From the NCBI GenBank assembly GCA_041661665.1, contig JBAZTW010000003.1:7088-71087 (forward strand): a stretch of 64,000 bases of DNA, read 5' to 3'. Position numbers and translations under genes: made by a program. The notes below the pieces were generated by a model that worked only from the letters and a program-made list of their open reading frames with translations, was not told the DNA's origin and made no database searches. Shown here one piece after another: positions 45,843 through 55,628 of this stretch (its first letter is position 1; the number at the start of each line of letters is the position of its first letter). Source of the stretch: Phycisphaerae bacterium. GTDB lineage: Bacteria; Planctomycetota; Phycisphaerae; Sedimentisphaerales; UBA12454.

Positions 45843-46295
45843 TTGGAAACAGTAACAAAAAGGTTGTATGAGGCTATGATTCTTGTTGATTCAGCCGAGG
45901 CAATCGCCGACTGGCAGGGCATCAATGACCATATTAAGAAGATACTCGACCGCAGCGAAGTTGAAATCCTGAGTATGCGCAAATGGGATGAGAGGCCTTT
46001 GGCTTATGAGATTGAAAACAAAAAGAGAGGCACTTATATCCTTGTTTATTTCAACTGCATTACAGAAAAGATTTCTGTGATTGAAAGAGATTTTCAGCTT
46101 TCCGAGCGGATTGTACGGGCGCTGATACTTCGCGGCGACCATATTACAAAGGAAGATATGGAAAAGGATACTCCTTTCCAGATGTTTGAGAAGGGCATCG
46201 TTCCGCCACCGCCGCCCGCAGCGGTAGTGGCAGCCTCGCCTATTAGCGATATCGAAGTAATTCCGCCGGAAGTCGCGGAAGAACTGGAAAAATAA
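45843..46295 (+). CDS. rpsF: 30S ribosomal protein S6
   Basis: TTG start; LYEAMILVDS...; position upstream of ssb-rpsR. Confidence 0.85.
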   Translation: METVTKRLYEAMILVDSAEAIADWQGINDHIKKILDRSEVEILSMRKWDERPLAYEIENKKRGTYILVYFNCITEKISVIERDFQLSERIVRALILRGDHITKEDMEKDTPFQMFEKGIVPPPPPAAVVAASPISDIEVIPPEVAEELEK

Positions 46296-46362
46296 TTTTA
46301 GTTATGAGCATTGAGTCTTTACTTACGACTAAGAGCTAAAAACTATTTTATCAGAGGGCAAA

Positions 46363-46812
46363 ATGGCGAATTTTAATAAAGTTATATTGGCAGGCAACCT
46401 TACTCGGGACCCGCAGTTGTCGTATTTGCCCAGCCAGACGGCAGTGGTGAATTTCGGACTTGCGGTTAACCGGCAATGGAAGGGGCAGGACGGGCAAATG
46501 AAGCAGGAAGTTTGCTTTGTTGACTGCAGGTCGTTTGGCAAGCCCGCCGAGACGATAAATAAGTATTGCAAAAAGGGCAAACCGCTATTGGTCGAAGGCA
46601 GGCTTACTTATGACAGCTGGACAGGCAAAGACGGCGTAAAAAAAAGCAAGCTGTATGTTACGGCAGAAACGTTCCAGTTTCTCGGCACAGGCGGAGCTGG
46701 TGAACACGGCGGCGAGCACAGCAGTTCTGCCGGCAGCGAATCGCAGGCGCCTTCGGAAGATTATGGTTCAGCCGAACCGCCACAAACCGGCGGCGATGAT
46801 ATTCCGTTTTAA
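46363..46812 (+). CDS. ssb: single-stranded DNA-binding protein
   Basis: NKVILAGNLTRDPQL OB fold; C-terminal DDIPF. Confidence 0.92.
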   Translation: MANFNKVILAGNLTRDPQLSYLPSQTAVVNFGLAVNRQWKGQDGQMKQEVCFVDCRSFGKPAETINKYCKKGKPLLVEGRLTYDSWTGKDGVKKSKLYVTAETFQFLGTGGAGEHGGEHSSSAGSESQAPSEDYGSAEPPQTGGDDIPF

Positions 46813-46867
46813 ATAGCGGCTAAATAAGAAATATAAAAGATTGTAAATTTTTTAGGAGTAGTTTTCA

Positions 46868-47140
46868 GTGAGAGCGCAAGGCTTTAAAAAGAGCAAAACA
46901 GACGTGAACAAGCGGAAAAAACGCAAAGAAACTGTTCGTGAACAGACGCAATGCAGGTTCTGCCGGTCAAAAACAGAGTATGTTGACTACAAGGACCTTG
47001 AGATTTTGAGCAAGCTGCTTACGCATCGCGGGAAGATATTTTCCCGCAAGCGCAGCGGAAATTGTGCAAGCTGCCAGCGTAAAGTCAGACTGGCAATCAA
47101 GCGCGCACGTTACATCGGTTTTCTGCCGTTCACGAGCTAA
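46868..47140 (+). CDS. rpsR: 30S ribosomal protein S18
   Basis: CRFCRSK...YVDYKDLEIL..., RLAIKRARYIGFLPF. Confidence 0.88.
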   Translation: MRAQGFKKSKTDVNKRKKRKETVREQTQCRFCRSKTEYVDYKDLEILSKLLTHRGKIFSRKRSGNCASCQRKVRLAIKRARYIGFLPFTS

Positions 47141-47197
47141 CAGCGGATTTTATTTAAAAATCATAAGAGAATCCAAAAGGTTATTGGAGATATTAGT

Positions 47198-47692
47198 ATG
47201 AAGGTTTTACTTTGTGAAGATGTTGAAAATCTCGGCTGGTATGGCGACGTAGTCGAAGTTAAAGAAGGCTATGCGCGTAATTATCTTTTGCCGCAGCGGG
47301 TTGCGGTTGTTCCCAGCGAAAGCAAAATAAAGGCAATGGCAGAAGAAAAAGCCAAACGCACCGAGCAGAGGAATGTAGCTCTGGAACGTCTGAAGAAGAT
47401 TGCCGAGAAGGTCGAAGGGGCAGAGGCCGTTATTGCCGCCAAGGTGAACGAACAGGGTCATCTGTTTGGTTCGATTACCGAAAATCAGATTGCAGAAAAT
47501 CTCAGGCAGCAGGGCTTTGAGATTGCGGATAAGTTTATTCGTCTCGATGAGCATATTAAGGAGGCCGGGCAGTTTAGCGTACGGATTAAATTTGCTGCGG
47601 ATGTAACCGCAACGGTAAAAGTAACAGTAGTCCCGGAAGGACAGATTGCTGAAGCTGCTGATGACTCAGCCGGACAGACAAACGCGGAATAG
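47198..47692 (+). CDS. rplI: 50S ribosomal protein L9
   Basis: MKVLLCEDVENLGWYGDVVEVKEGYARNYLLP. Confidence 0.9.
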   Translation: MKVLLCEDVENLGWYGDVVEVKEGYARNYLLPQRVAVVPSESKIKAMAEEKAKRTEQRNVALERLKKIAEKVEGAEAVIAAKVNEQGHLFGSITENQIAENLRQQGFEIADKFIRLDEHIKEAGQFSVRIKFAADVTATVKVTVVPEGQIAEAADDSAGQTNAE

Positions 47693-47726
47693 GAACGCTG
47701 CTGTAAGCCAGTCGGGCGGTTCTTCG

Positions 47727-49085
47727 ATGAACTCCGAGGTGATTTCAGGCAGAACGATGCCTGAATCGCTTGAGGCTGAGGCGGCGGTACTTGGGTCGAT
47801 GATACTCGACCCGGAGTGCATTGGTCTGGTAATTCAGAAGATAAAGGCGGACTCTTTTTATCGTCTGGAGCATCAGATGATGTTCGATGCCATTGTCCAT
47901 CTATGGGAAAAGATGGATACCCCGGAAAAGTTTGACCTTGTGCTTTTGCGGGATGAACTCAAAAAGCGAAGTCAAATTGACGAGGTCGGCGGGCCTGAGT
48001 ATCTGATGAAAATAGCCGAGTCTGTGCCTTCCAGCGCGAATATCGAGCAGTACGTCAACATTGTGCAGGAAAAGCAGATGCTGCGTGAGCTTATTGCCGC
48101 AGCAGGCGAAGTAATGACCGAAGCGTTTGACGCAGGCGGCGATGTGAGCGAAAAGCTCGACCGCGCAGAGCAGAAGATATTCCAGGTAACCGAAAAGAAA
48201 ATCAGCGGCGCGGCGATTTCAATTAAGGATTTGCTTACGCAGGCTTTTGAGGCGATTGATAAACGCGAAGGCCATCATGTTACAGGTCTTCCGACAGGCT
48301 TTACGGAGCTTGACGATTTGACGTGCGGCCTTCAGAGCGGCGAAATGATTGTAATTGCCGGCAGGCCGAGTATGGGCAAAACCAGTTTCGCGATGAATAT
48401 GGCCGAACATATCGGCGCTGATAATAATATGCCTGTCGTGATTTTTTCTCTTGAAATGAGCAAACAGCAACTGGCAGAGAGAATGCTTTGCAGCAGGGCG
48501 ATGATGGATTCGCAGTTAGTGCGCAAGGGAATGCTCAATGATGAGCAGTATCAGGAACTCGTTCAGGCGGCAAGCGAATTGAGCGATAAGCCTATTTATG
48601 TTGACGACAGCCCCGGCATAACTCCGCTGGAACTTCGAGGCAAGGCTCGCAGGCTCAAGGCTCAATATGGAATAAGATGTATATTTGTCGATTATCTTCA
48701 GCTTATGAGTGCCGGAGGCAGGGTTGAAAGCCGACAGCAGGAAGTCAGCGAGATGAGCAGATATTTAAAGGCATTAGCCAGGGAACTGGAAGTGCCCGTA
48801 ATTGTTTTGAGTCAGTTGAATCGTTCGCCGGAAGGCAGAGAAGGCCACAAGCCTCGAATGAGCGATTTGCGTGAAAGCGGCAGTATTGAGCAGGATGCGG
48901 ATGTTGTAATGCTTCTGCATCGTGAAGATTATTATCATAAGGGCGAGACCGATTACGAGAATACCAATAACGCCGAAGTGATTATCGCCAAGCAGCGTAA
49001 CGGCCCGACCGATACAGTAGAATTGAGCTTTAATGGTATGTGCACGCGATTTAACAATCGCGCCAGATCGCAGGAACCGTTTTAA
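47727..49085 (+). CDS. dnaB: replicative DNA helicase
   Basis: PESLEAEAAVLGSM, Walker A GRPSMGKTSF, SQLNR. Start set at MNSEV rather than the ORF start that overlaps rplI. Confidence 0.92.
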   Translation: MNSEVISGRTMPESLEAEAAVLGSMILDPECIGLVIQKIKADSFYRLEHQMMFDAIVHLWEKMDTPEKFDLVLLRDELKKRSQIDEVGGPEYLMKIAESVPSSANIEQYVNIVQEKQMLRELIAAAGEVMTEAFDAGGDVSEKLDRAEQKIFQVTEKKISGAAISIKDLLTQAFEAIDKREGHHVTGLPTGFTELDDLTCGLQSGEMIVIAGRPSMGKTSFAMNMAEHIGADNNMPVVIFSLEMSKQQLAERMLCSRAMMDSQLVRKGMLNDEQYQELVQAASELSDKPIYVDDSPGITPLELRGKARRLKAQYGIRCIFVDYLQLMSAGGRVESRQQEVSEMSRYLKALARELEVPVIVLSQLNRSPEGREGHKPRMSDLRESGSIEQDADVVMLLHREDYYHKGETDYENTNNAEVIIAKQRNGPTDTVELSFNGMCTRFNNRARSQEPF

Positions 49086-49098
49086 AAAAGTAAAAAAT

Positions 49099-49126
49099 CA
49101 GAGCCTGGAGCGATAGCGACAGGTGT
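49099..49126 (+). repeat. repeat family R4
   Basis: CAGAGCCTGGAGCGATAGCGACAGGTGT. Confidence 0.8.
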
Positions 49127-49151
49127 ATTATATTAGCAGGAAAGGGATTTT

Positions 49152-51503
49152 ATGCGGATTTTCGAGTTCTGTTTAAAAAACGGAGTGGTGCCGCGTTTTT
49201 CCGTTTTGGCAATAATGCTTGTTATAAGCCGTTATTGTTATGCGCAAGACCCGAATGTCGATGCTGCTGAATATCAGGGGAAAATCATTAACAGTGTGCA
49301 AACCGCAGGTAATGTCTATGTGAGCTACGCAAAGATAGTTTCGACAGTTAGAAGCAGGGCGGGAGAGGCGTTTGATATTGGCACGGTGCAGGAAGATGTG
49401 AGCAGAATTGCCGCGTTGCGCGGCGTCGAACTGGCGTATTACAGCGTTGCCGCTGCCGGCGAGAAAGTGGAACTTACTTTCGTTGTGAAAGAGAAAAATG
49501 TAATTCGCAAGATAACTTTCAGCGGCGACAAAAACTACAGCGACAAAAAACTGCTCGATGAAGTCGGATTCGCCAGAGGCGATTATTTTGATAAATTTAC
49601 CGCTCGGACAGGCGCCGAAAAACTTACCGAGTATTATAAGAAGAAAGGCTACCCGTTTGTAAAGGTTGATTACGATGATTCGCAAATCGGCCAGGGTGTG
49701 CTGAATTATAATATCGAATGCAGTCAGAAAGTAAAAATCAAAAAGCTTAAATTTAAGGGCAACTCGGCGATAAAGAGCAAAGAACTTAAACCTGTGGTTA
49801 AAAGCAAGCCCAAACAGTTTGGCATTTTTCAGAACTATTTCAAACAGCAGGTTATCGACGACGATATAGTAAATCTTCAGAAGGCGTATGACAGAAGAGG
49901 CTATCTCGATACAAAGGTCGGCGCCACATGGAATTTTGTAAAAAATAAAAAAGGCGCCGAAATTCTGTTCACCATAGAAGAAGGCAGGCAGTATGACGTT
50001 GAGAAAATAGAGCTTGTAGGCAATGAGTTTTTCAGCGATGCCAACCTGACCAGTACGTTCAGGCTCAAGGAAGGGAAATTTTACAGTAATGAAAAGGCTG
50101 ATTACGATAAAGATGAAATACTAAAGGCTTACAGGCAGACCGGCTTTGTGAATGTCAAAGCTGAATCCAAAAGAAGGTTCACCGATACTAATGACAAAGT
50201 AATCGCCCGTTTTGAGATAGAGCAGGGCGAGCGTTTTCGAATAGGACAAGTCAATATATCCGGCAACCGCGGCGTGCAGGACAAGGTCGTAAGACGCGTA
50301 CTTGATGAAAAGGAATTTAAGCCAGGCGAATGGTATAACGCCCATATAGCTCGAGGCGACGGCGAAGGCGAGCTTGAAAAAGATATCAAGAGCAATGTTT
50401 ATACCCAGACAGCGACGATTACGCCTGTCGACCATAACGTCCCCGGCGAGAAAAACGCAGAAGTCAGAGTTACCGAAGGCAAAACAGGCTCGGTAATGTT
50501 TGGCGCAGGCGTCAGCAGTTCGGATGGTCTGATTGGCCAGGTGATATATGAGCAGAGAAATTTCGATTACAAAAAATGGCCGAAAAGCTGGCGAAAATTT
50601 TTCTCCGAGGATTCCTTCAAAGGCGCAGGCCAGCGGTTGAGAATCGCCGCCGAACCAGGCACGCAGGTGAGCAGATATTCAATTACATGGACAGAGCCGT
50701 ATTTAAAAGATAAGCCGATATCGATGACACTGTCAGCTTCAAGTTGGCAGCGAGCCAGAGAAAGCTATGATGAAGAAAGGCTCAAAGGATATATCGGTTT
50801 TACTAAAAGGCTGAAGAAGGGGTATTACAGAATTCTGGCATTCAGATTTGAGGATGTTACCGTCGCAAACGTTGACAATGACGCTCCGAAAGAGGTAACG
50901 GATGTAAAGGGGAGCAATCTTCTTGCTGGTATAAAAATAGGCTTTGGAAGAAATACCACCGACAACCGGTATAGTCCGACGAAAGGCAAGAGTTATGAAT
51001 TGACTTACGAGCAGGTTACGCTTGACCATAATTTTGGTATTCTTGAGGGAACGTATCGCTGGTATAAAACGCTTCGCGAAGACCTTGCCAGAAGAAAAAC
51101 TGTTTTGGAAACAAAGCTGTATGCTGGTACAATTGTGGGCAACGCTCCGGTGTTTGAAAAATTTTACGCAGGAGGCAACGGCAGCATCCGCGGTTTCGAT
51201 TATCGCGGCATAAGCCCTCGTTCCGGGTCGGACAAAGACCCGATAGGCAGCAAATGGCTCGCAACAGCCAGCAGTGAAGTTGTAATGCCGATGGTAGGCG
51301 AGACGCTGGCGGGGCTTCTGTTTGTCGATACCGCTATGATTGAGACAGGCGGAATCAGGGCTTCGGTCGGTATCGGCGTGCAGATTATGATACCGCAGTG
51401 GTTCGGGCCTGTGCCGATGAGATTTGAACTTGGTCTGCCGGTTATGAAAAACGGCGAGGACGATACGCAGATGTTCAGCTTCTCGGTTGGAAGCCTGTTC
51501 TAA
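49152..51503 (+). CDS. bamA: outer membrane protein assembly factor BamA
   Basis: 783 aa; signal peptide, POTRA-like repeats, Omp85 barrel ending FSFSVGSLF. Confidence 0.88.
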   Translation: MRIFEFCLKNGVVPRFSVLAIMLVISRYCYAQDPNVDAAEYQGKIINSVQTAGNVYVSYAKIVSTVRSRAGEAFDIGTVQEDVSRIAALRGVELAYYSVAAAGEKVELTFVVKEKNVIRKITFSGDKNYSDKKLLDEVGFARGDYFDKFTARTGAEKLTEYYKKKGYPFVKVDYDDSQIGQGVLNYNIECSQKVKIKKLKFKGNSAIKSKELKPVVKSKPKQFGIFQNYFKQQVIDDDIVNLQKAYDRRGYLDTKVGATWNFVKNKKGAEILFTIEEGRQYDVEKIELVGNEFFSDANLTSTFRLKEGKFYSNEKADYDKDEILKAYRQTGFVNVKAESKRRFTDTNDKVIARFEIEQGERFRIGQVNISGNRGVQDKVVRRVLDEKEFKPGEWYNAHIARGDGEGELEKDIKSNVYTQTATITPVDHNVPGEKNAEVRVTEGKTGSVMFGAGVSSSDGLIGQVIYEQRNFDYKKWPKSWRKFFSEDSFKGAGQRLRIAAEPGTQVSRYSITWTEPYLKDKPISMTLSASSWQRARESYDEERLKGYIGFTKRLKKGYYRILAFRFEDVTVANVDNDAPKEVTDVKGSNLLAGIKIGFGRNTTDNRYSPTKGKSYELTYEQVTLDHNFGILEGTYRWYKTLREDLARRKTVLETKLYAGTIVGNAPVFEKFYAGGNGSIRGFDYRGISPRSGSDKDPIGSKWLATASSEVVMPMVGETLAGLLFVDTAMIETGGIRASVGIGVQIMIPQWFGPVPMRFELGLPVMKNGEDDTQMFSFSVGSLF

Positions 51504-51537
51504 AAAAATTAAAAATTAAAATTATGGAAGGTTAATT

Positions 51538-52155
51538 ATGAAGAAAACAAGTTTTGTTGCGATGGTTATTCTTGCGCCGGCGGTAATACTAACAGGTTTG
51601 CAGTATTCTCAGGCTGCCAAAGATAAGCCAGTATTGCCGGTAAAGATTGGTATTGTGAGCGTCAAGGAAGTTTTTGAGAAATGCCTGATGAAACAGACAA
51701 TCGAGAAGAGTCTCTCCGCTGAAGGCGATAAAAAATTCAACGAACTAAAAAAACTTGAGGATACAATCGAAGCTGACAAAACTGCTTTGAGCAAGCGCAA
51801 ACAGGACAGCGCTGATTATATGACAATGCTAAAGGCTTTAATGCTCAAACAGTCGGAGTTTGAGGCGCAAAAGGAATTTTATCAGCAGGAAATTACAGCG
51901 ATGGAAATGCAGGGCAAAGAAAAAATCTATCGCAAAATTCTTGAGGTGATTACGGTTTTAGCCAAGGAAAAAGGCCTCGATATAGTTCTTAGCAGAGATG
52001 ACAATTACCTCAGCAGGCCTGAATCATCTGATTCCGCGCAAAGTCCTACGGAATTAGTCCTTACAACAAAAACGCATAAACTGCTTTATTTTAATCCGGA
52101 ATTTGACTTCACCGCAGAAGCTTTGACCGCTATGGATAAGGCCAACCCGCAATAA
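51538..52155 (+). CDS. skp: OmpH/Skp family periplasmic chaperone
   Basis: Signal peptide and coiled-coil sequence; conserved position between bamA and lpxD. Confidence 0.75.
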   Translation: MKKTSFVAMVILAPAVILTGLQYSQAAKDKPVLPVKIGIVSVKEVFEKCLMKQTIEKSLSAEGDKKFNELKKLEDTIEADKTALSKRKQDSADYMTMLKALMLKQSEFEAQKEFYQQEITAMEMQGKEKIYRKILEVITVLAKEKGLDIVLSRDDNYLSRPESSDSAQSPTELVLTTKTHKLLYFNPEFDFTAEALTAMDKANPQ

Positions 52156-52156
52156 A

Positions 52157-52199
52157 AAAAATTAAAAATCAAAATTGTGGAATCGGCCTTTAGGCCGAT
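52157..52199 (+). repeat. repeat family R9
   Basis: AAAAATTAAAAATCAAAATTGTGGAATCGGCCTTTAGGCCGAT; ends 12 nt before the lpxD ATG. Confidence 0.7.
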
Positions 52200-52211
52200 G
52201 AGTTTTAACAA

Positions 52212-53267
52212 ATGGCAACTGAAACATTACAAAGAAAATATACAGTCAGTCAGCTTGCGAAAATAGCGGGCGCTGAACTTGTCGGCAGCGGCAAAGGTGA
52301 AATTTGCAGGGCGGCGCCGTTTGAATCCGCAACGCCGGACAGCATTACTTTTGTGTCCGATGAAAAACTTTTAGAGAACATCGTTGATTGTAAAGCAGGG
52401 GCGGTTATCGTTTCCAAAAAAATAGAAACGTGCATTCCTTTGCTTGTTGTCAAAAATGTTGAAAAGGCGCTGATTGCGGTTTTGAAGGAATTTGCGCCGA
52501 AACTCTCGGCTCCGCAGCCGGGCATACACAAAAGCGCGATTGTCGAGCAGGGAGCAGTCGTTTCGCCGACAGCGTCAATAGGCGAGTTTGTCTGTGTAAG
52601 GCAGGGCGCCATAATCGGCGAAAGAACGATTATCAGTGCAGGCTGTAAAATCGGCGAAAATTCCATTATAGGCAATGACTGCAGAATTGATGATAATGTT
52701 GTAATTTATCACAACTGTAAAATTGGTAATAATTGTATAATTTCCGCTAATAGCGTAGTTGGAGCGATGGGCTTCGGATATTATTTCTTTGACGGCGGCC
52801 ATCAGTTAATTCCTCACACTGGCGGAGTGGTGATAGAGGACTGCGTCGAAATCGGCGCAAATGCCTGCGTTGACAGGGCGAAATTCGGCAATACAATAAT
52901 CGGAGCCGGGACAAAGATTGATAATCTTGTTCAAATCGCTCATAACGTTGTAATCGGCAAATGCTGTCTGATTATTTCACAGGCAGGCATCGCCGGCAGC
53001 ACCAAACTCGGCAATGGCGTTGTTCTTGCCGGTCAGGTCGGAATCGCCGACCATAGGACCATTGGCGATGGGGCTCAAATAGGCGCACAGGCGGGCGTTA
53101 TGAACGATATTCCCGCGGGTAAGCAGATGCTCGGGTCGCCGGCGATAGATATTAAAGATTTTGCAAAGCAGGTGATTTTAAAGCGAAAACTGCCTGAAAT
53201 GAATAAAGAGCTTAAACAGCTTGTTAAAAGGATAGAGATTCTTGAAGCCGCAGCGAACAATAGCTGA
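52212..53267 (+). CDS. lpxD: UDP-3-O-acylglucosamine N-acyltransferase
   Basis: 351 aa; hexapeptide repeats; synteny. Confidence 0.9.
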   Translation: MATETLQRKYTVSQLAKIAGAELVGSGKGEICRAAPFESATPDSITFVSDEKLLENIVDCKAGAVIVSKKIETCIPLLVVKNVEKALIAVLKEFAPKLSAPQPGIHKSAIVEQGAVVSPTASIGEFVCVRQGAIIGERTIISAGCKIGENSIIGNDCRIDDNVVIYHNCKIGNNCIISANSVVGAMGFGYYFFDGGHQLIPHTGGVVIEDCVEIGANACVDRAKFGNTIIGAGTKIDNLVQIAHNVVIGKCCLIISQAGIAGSTKLGNGVVLAGQVGIADHRTIGDGAQIGAQAGVMNDIPAGKQMLGSPAIDIKDFAKQVILKRKLPEMNKELKQLVKRIEILEAAANNS

Positions 53268-54552
53268 AGAGGCAAAACTTGCCGGCAAAGGTATGTTTAG
53301 CGGGGCTGACAGTAAAGTCAGGTTTGCTCCCGCTGATGCCGATACCGGTATTGTTTTCATACGCACAGATATTGACCCGCCGGTTCGTATAGAAGCGAGC
53401 ATCAAAAATATCACCGAGCGAATGCGCCGCTCGGCTCTTCGCAGAGGCGATGTTGCCATTGAGACGACCGAACATTGTATGGCCGCGGTCAGCGCGCTGG
53501 AGATTGATAATCTTACTATCGAAGTCAGCGGGCCGGAGATGCCCGGCTTTGACGGCGGAAGTCTTGAGTATTTCAAGGCTCTGAAAAAATGCGGATATAC
53601 CGAGCAGCAAAAACCTCGAAAAGAATTTACAATAACCGAGCCTGTGATTATCAATGAGGCCGGCGCTTCGATTTACGCGCTGCCCTGCGATGGTCAGGCT
53701 CTTGAGATTACTTATGATATGGATTACACAAAGCATACCGGCATAGGCAGGCAGCAGCTTACCTGCACGCTGAGTACGGATTACTTTGAAGATAATCTTG
53801 CACCGGCCAGGACGTTTTTGCTTGAGGCAGAGGCTCGGCAGTTCCAGTCTCACGGCATCGGCACGCATCTAAGCCCCAAAGAGATATTAGTTATAAGTTC
53901 TGACGGGCCGATTAAAAATAGTTACCGGTTTCCAGATGAATGTGTAAGGCATAAAATAGTTGACCTGATAGGCGACCTAAGTCTTGTCGGCAGAAAAATT
54001 TTCGGCAGGATTGTGGCGTATAAGAGCGGCCACAACCTGAATCAGAAACTTGCCGCAAAATTACTCGAAGTAGCTGAGCATCGCGACAGAATAAGCAAAT
54101 CAGGGACAGATGCGCTGCTCGACATTCGCAGAATTCAAAAAATTCTGCCGCATCGCTATCCGTTTCTGCTCGTTGACAAAGTAATCGAAATCGACGGCGA
54201 CAAATCCATCAAGGGAATTAAAAATGTTACGTTCAATGAGCTGTTTTTTCAGGGACATTTCCCTGGTACGCCGATAATGCCGGGCGTGCTGATTCTTGAG
54301 GCGATGGCTCAGGTCTCCGGTCTGCTTTTTGCGCAGAAGCTGGAACTTACCGGCAAACTTGCCGTTCTGCTCGGAATGGATGGCGTAAAAATCAGAAAAG
54401 CCGTCGTGCCCGGCGACCAGCTTGTGCTTACTGCTGAAACGGTAAGGGTAAGAAGTAAAATGGCGATTTGTAAATGTCAGGCGTTAGTGTCAGGCATTTT
54501 GGCCGCAGAGGCGCAGATAATGTTTATGCTCGTTGACGATGATGCGGTGTAA
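53242..54552 (+). CDS. lpxC/fabZ: bifunctional UDP-3-O-acyl-GlcNAc deacetylase / 3-hydroxyacyl-ACP dehydratase (LpxC-FabZ fusion)
   Basis: TTG start. N-terminal half is LpxC-like (KPQRTI..., TEHCMAAVSALEIDN). C-terminal half is FabZ (LPHRYPFLLVDKV, FQGHFPGTPIMPGVL). Confidence 0.9.
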   Translation: MKPQRTIAEEAKLAGKGMFSGADSKVRFAPADADTGIVFIRTDIDPPVRIEASIKNITERMRRSALRRGDVAIETTEHCMAAVSALEIDNLTIEVSGPEMPGFDGGSLEYFKALKKCGYTEQQKPRKEFTITEPVIINEAGASIYALPCDGQALEITYDMDYTKHTGIGRQQLTCTLSTDYFEDNLAPARTFLLEAEARQFQSHGIGTHLSPKEILVISSDGPIKNSYRFPDECVRHKIVDLIGDLSLVGRKIFGRIVAYKSGHNLNQKLAAKLLEVAEHRDRISKSGTDALLDIRRIQKILPHRYPFLLVDKVIEIDGDKSIKGIKNVTFNELFFQGHFPGTPIMPGVLILEAMAQVSGLLFAQKLELTGKLAVLLGMDGVKIRKAVVPGDQLVLTAETVRVRSKMAICKCQALVSGILAAEAQIMFMLVDDDAV

Positions 54553-54571
54553 AAAATTTAAAATTTAATTC

Positions 54572-54599
54572 GTAGGGGCAGACCTGTGTGTCTGCCCGC
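54572..54599 (+). repeat. repeat family R2
   Basis: GTAGGGGCAGACCTGTGTGTCTGCCCGC. Confidence 0.8.
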
Positions 54600-54611
54600 A
54601 GTCAGAGTTTT

Positions 54612-54637
54612 GTAGGGTGGGCTCTTAGCCCACGCGG
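54612..54637 (+). repeat. repeat family R1
   Basis: Exact 26-mer. Confidence 0.85.
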
Positions 54638-54660
54638 TTACTATTTTCAGGAAAAGAATA

Positions 54661-55473
54661 ATGAGTAAGATACATTCGACGGCAGTAATAGAAAAAAGCG
54701 CAAAAATAGGCAGCGATGTTACAATTGGTCCTAACTGTTTTATAGATGAAGATGCGGAAATCGGAGACGGTTGTATTCTCGATGCGAATGTTATAATCGG
54801 CAAAGGCGTAAAAGCCGGCAAAATGAACGTTTTTTATCCGAACTGCGTCATCGGCAGAAATCCGCAAATGCTCGGCGCAAGACCCGACACAAAATGCGGC
54901 GGACTTGAAATCGGAAACGACAATATGATTCGCGAGTTTGTTACGATTCATCCGAGTATTTACCACGACACCTCCACGACAGTCGGAAACAATAATTTAA
55001 TTATGGTCAGCGCGCACATCGGCCACGACTGTATCGTTGAAGACAAGGTCGTGCTTAGCAATAATACGCAAATCAGCGGACACTGTAAAATCGAAACAGG
55101 AGCCTGGCTCAGCGGTACTGTCCAGATACATCAGTTCACCACCGTAGGCAAATGGTCTTATGCCGCCGCGTTTTCAGGTCTCAATCACGATGTTCCGCCT
55201 TTTGTTATAGTAAGCGGGCACTATCCGCCGGAGGTAAGAGGTGTGAACGAAAGAGGCCTCAATCGCGCAGGTTTGAACGAACAGCAGCAGGCTGCTATTA
55301 TGGAAGCTTACAAAATACTATTCAGAACAAAAACGCCTCTGCTGAAAAATGTGCAGGCTCTTATTGAAAAACCCGGCATCGATGAGAATGTCAGAGTGAT
55401 GTGCCAGTCGATTCTTAACAGCAACAAGCACAGGTTTGGCAGATTTCTTGAAGCATCAAGAAGAAAAGAATAA
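54661..55473 (+). CDS. lpxA: acyl-ACP--UDP-GlcNAc O-acyltransferase
   Basis: Hexapeptide repeats; SAHIGHDC; 270 aa. Confidence 0.9.
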   Translation: MSKIHSTAVIEKSAKIGSDVTIGPNCFIDEDAEIGDGCILDANVIIGKGVKAGKMNVFYPNCVIGRNPQMLGARPDTKCGGLEIGNDNMIREFVTIHPSIYHDTSTTVGNNNLIMVSAHIGHDCIVEDKVVLSNNTQISGHCKIETGAWLSGTVQIHQFTTVGKWSYAAAFSGLNHDVPPFVIVSGHYPPEVRGVNERGLNRAGLNEQQQAAIMEAYKILFRTKTPLLKNVQALIEKPGIDENVRVMCQSILNSNKHRFGRFLEASRRKE

Positions 55474-55484
55474 AAAATCATAGG

Positions 55485-55520
55485 TTCGTGGTTAGCCCCG
55501 GCAATACTTTGCCGGGGTTC
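55485..55520 (+). repeat. repeat family R8
   Basis: TTCGTGGTTAGCCCCGGCAATACTTTGCCGGGGTTC. Confidence 0.7.
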
Positions 55521-55547
55521 AGAGCCCAAGCGAAAGCGCAGGGTGTT
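55520..55547 (+). repeat. repeat family R3 (CAGAGCCCAAGCGAWAGCGCAGGGTGTT)
   Basis: Matches 56665-56692. Confidence 0.8.
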
Positions 55548-55549
55548 AT

Positions 55550-55598
55550 CAGAGCCGCGACAGCCTGCCATGAGTTTGTCGAATGGGTAATGGAGCGG
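55550..55598 (+). repeat. repeat family R5, expanded variant
   Basis: CAGAGCCGCGACAG...TAATGGAGCGG with an internal insert. Confidence 0.5.
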
Positions 55599-55628
55599 TC
55601 AGTTTTAATTGTAAAGGTTCTATAAAAA

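Noticed and set aside
47646-47726. dnaB N-terminal extension overlapping rplI by 47 nt
   Set aside because: The extra 27 codons (MLKLLMTQPDRQTRNRNAAVSQSGGSS) are not DnaB-like. The ATG at 47727 precedes the conserved PESLEAEAAVLG motif at the usual distance.
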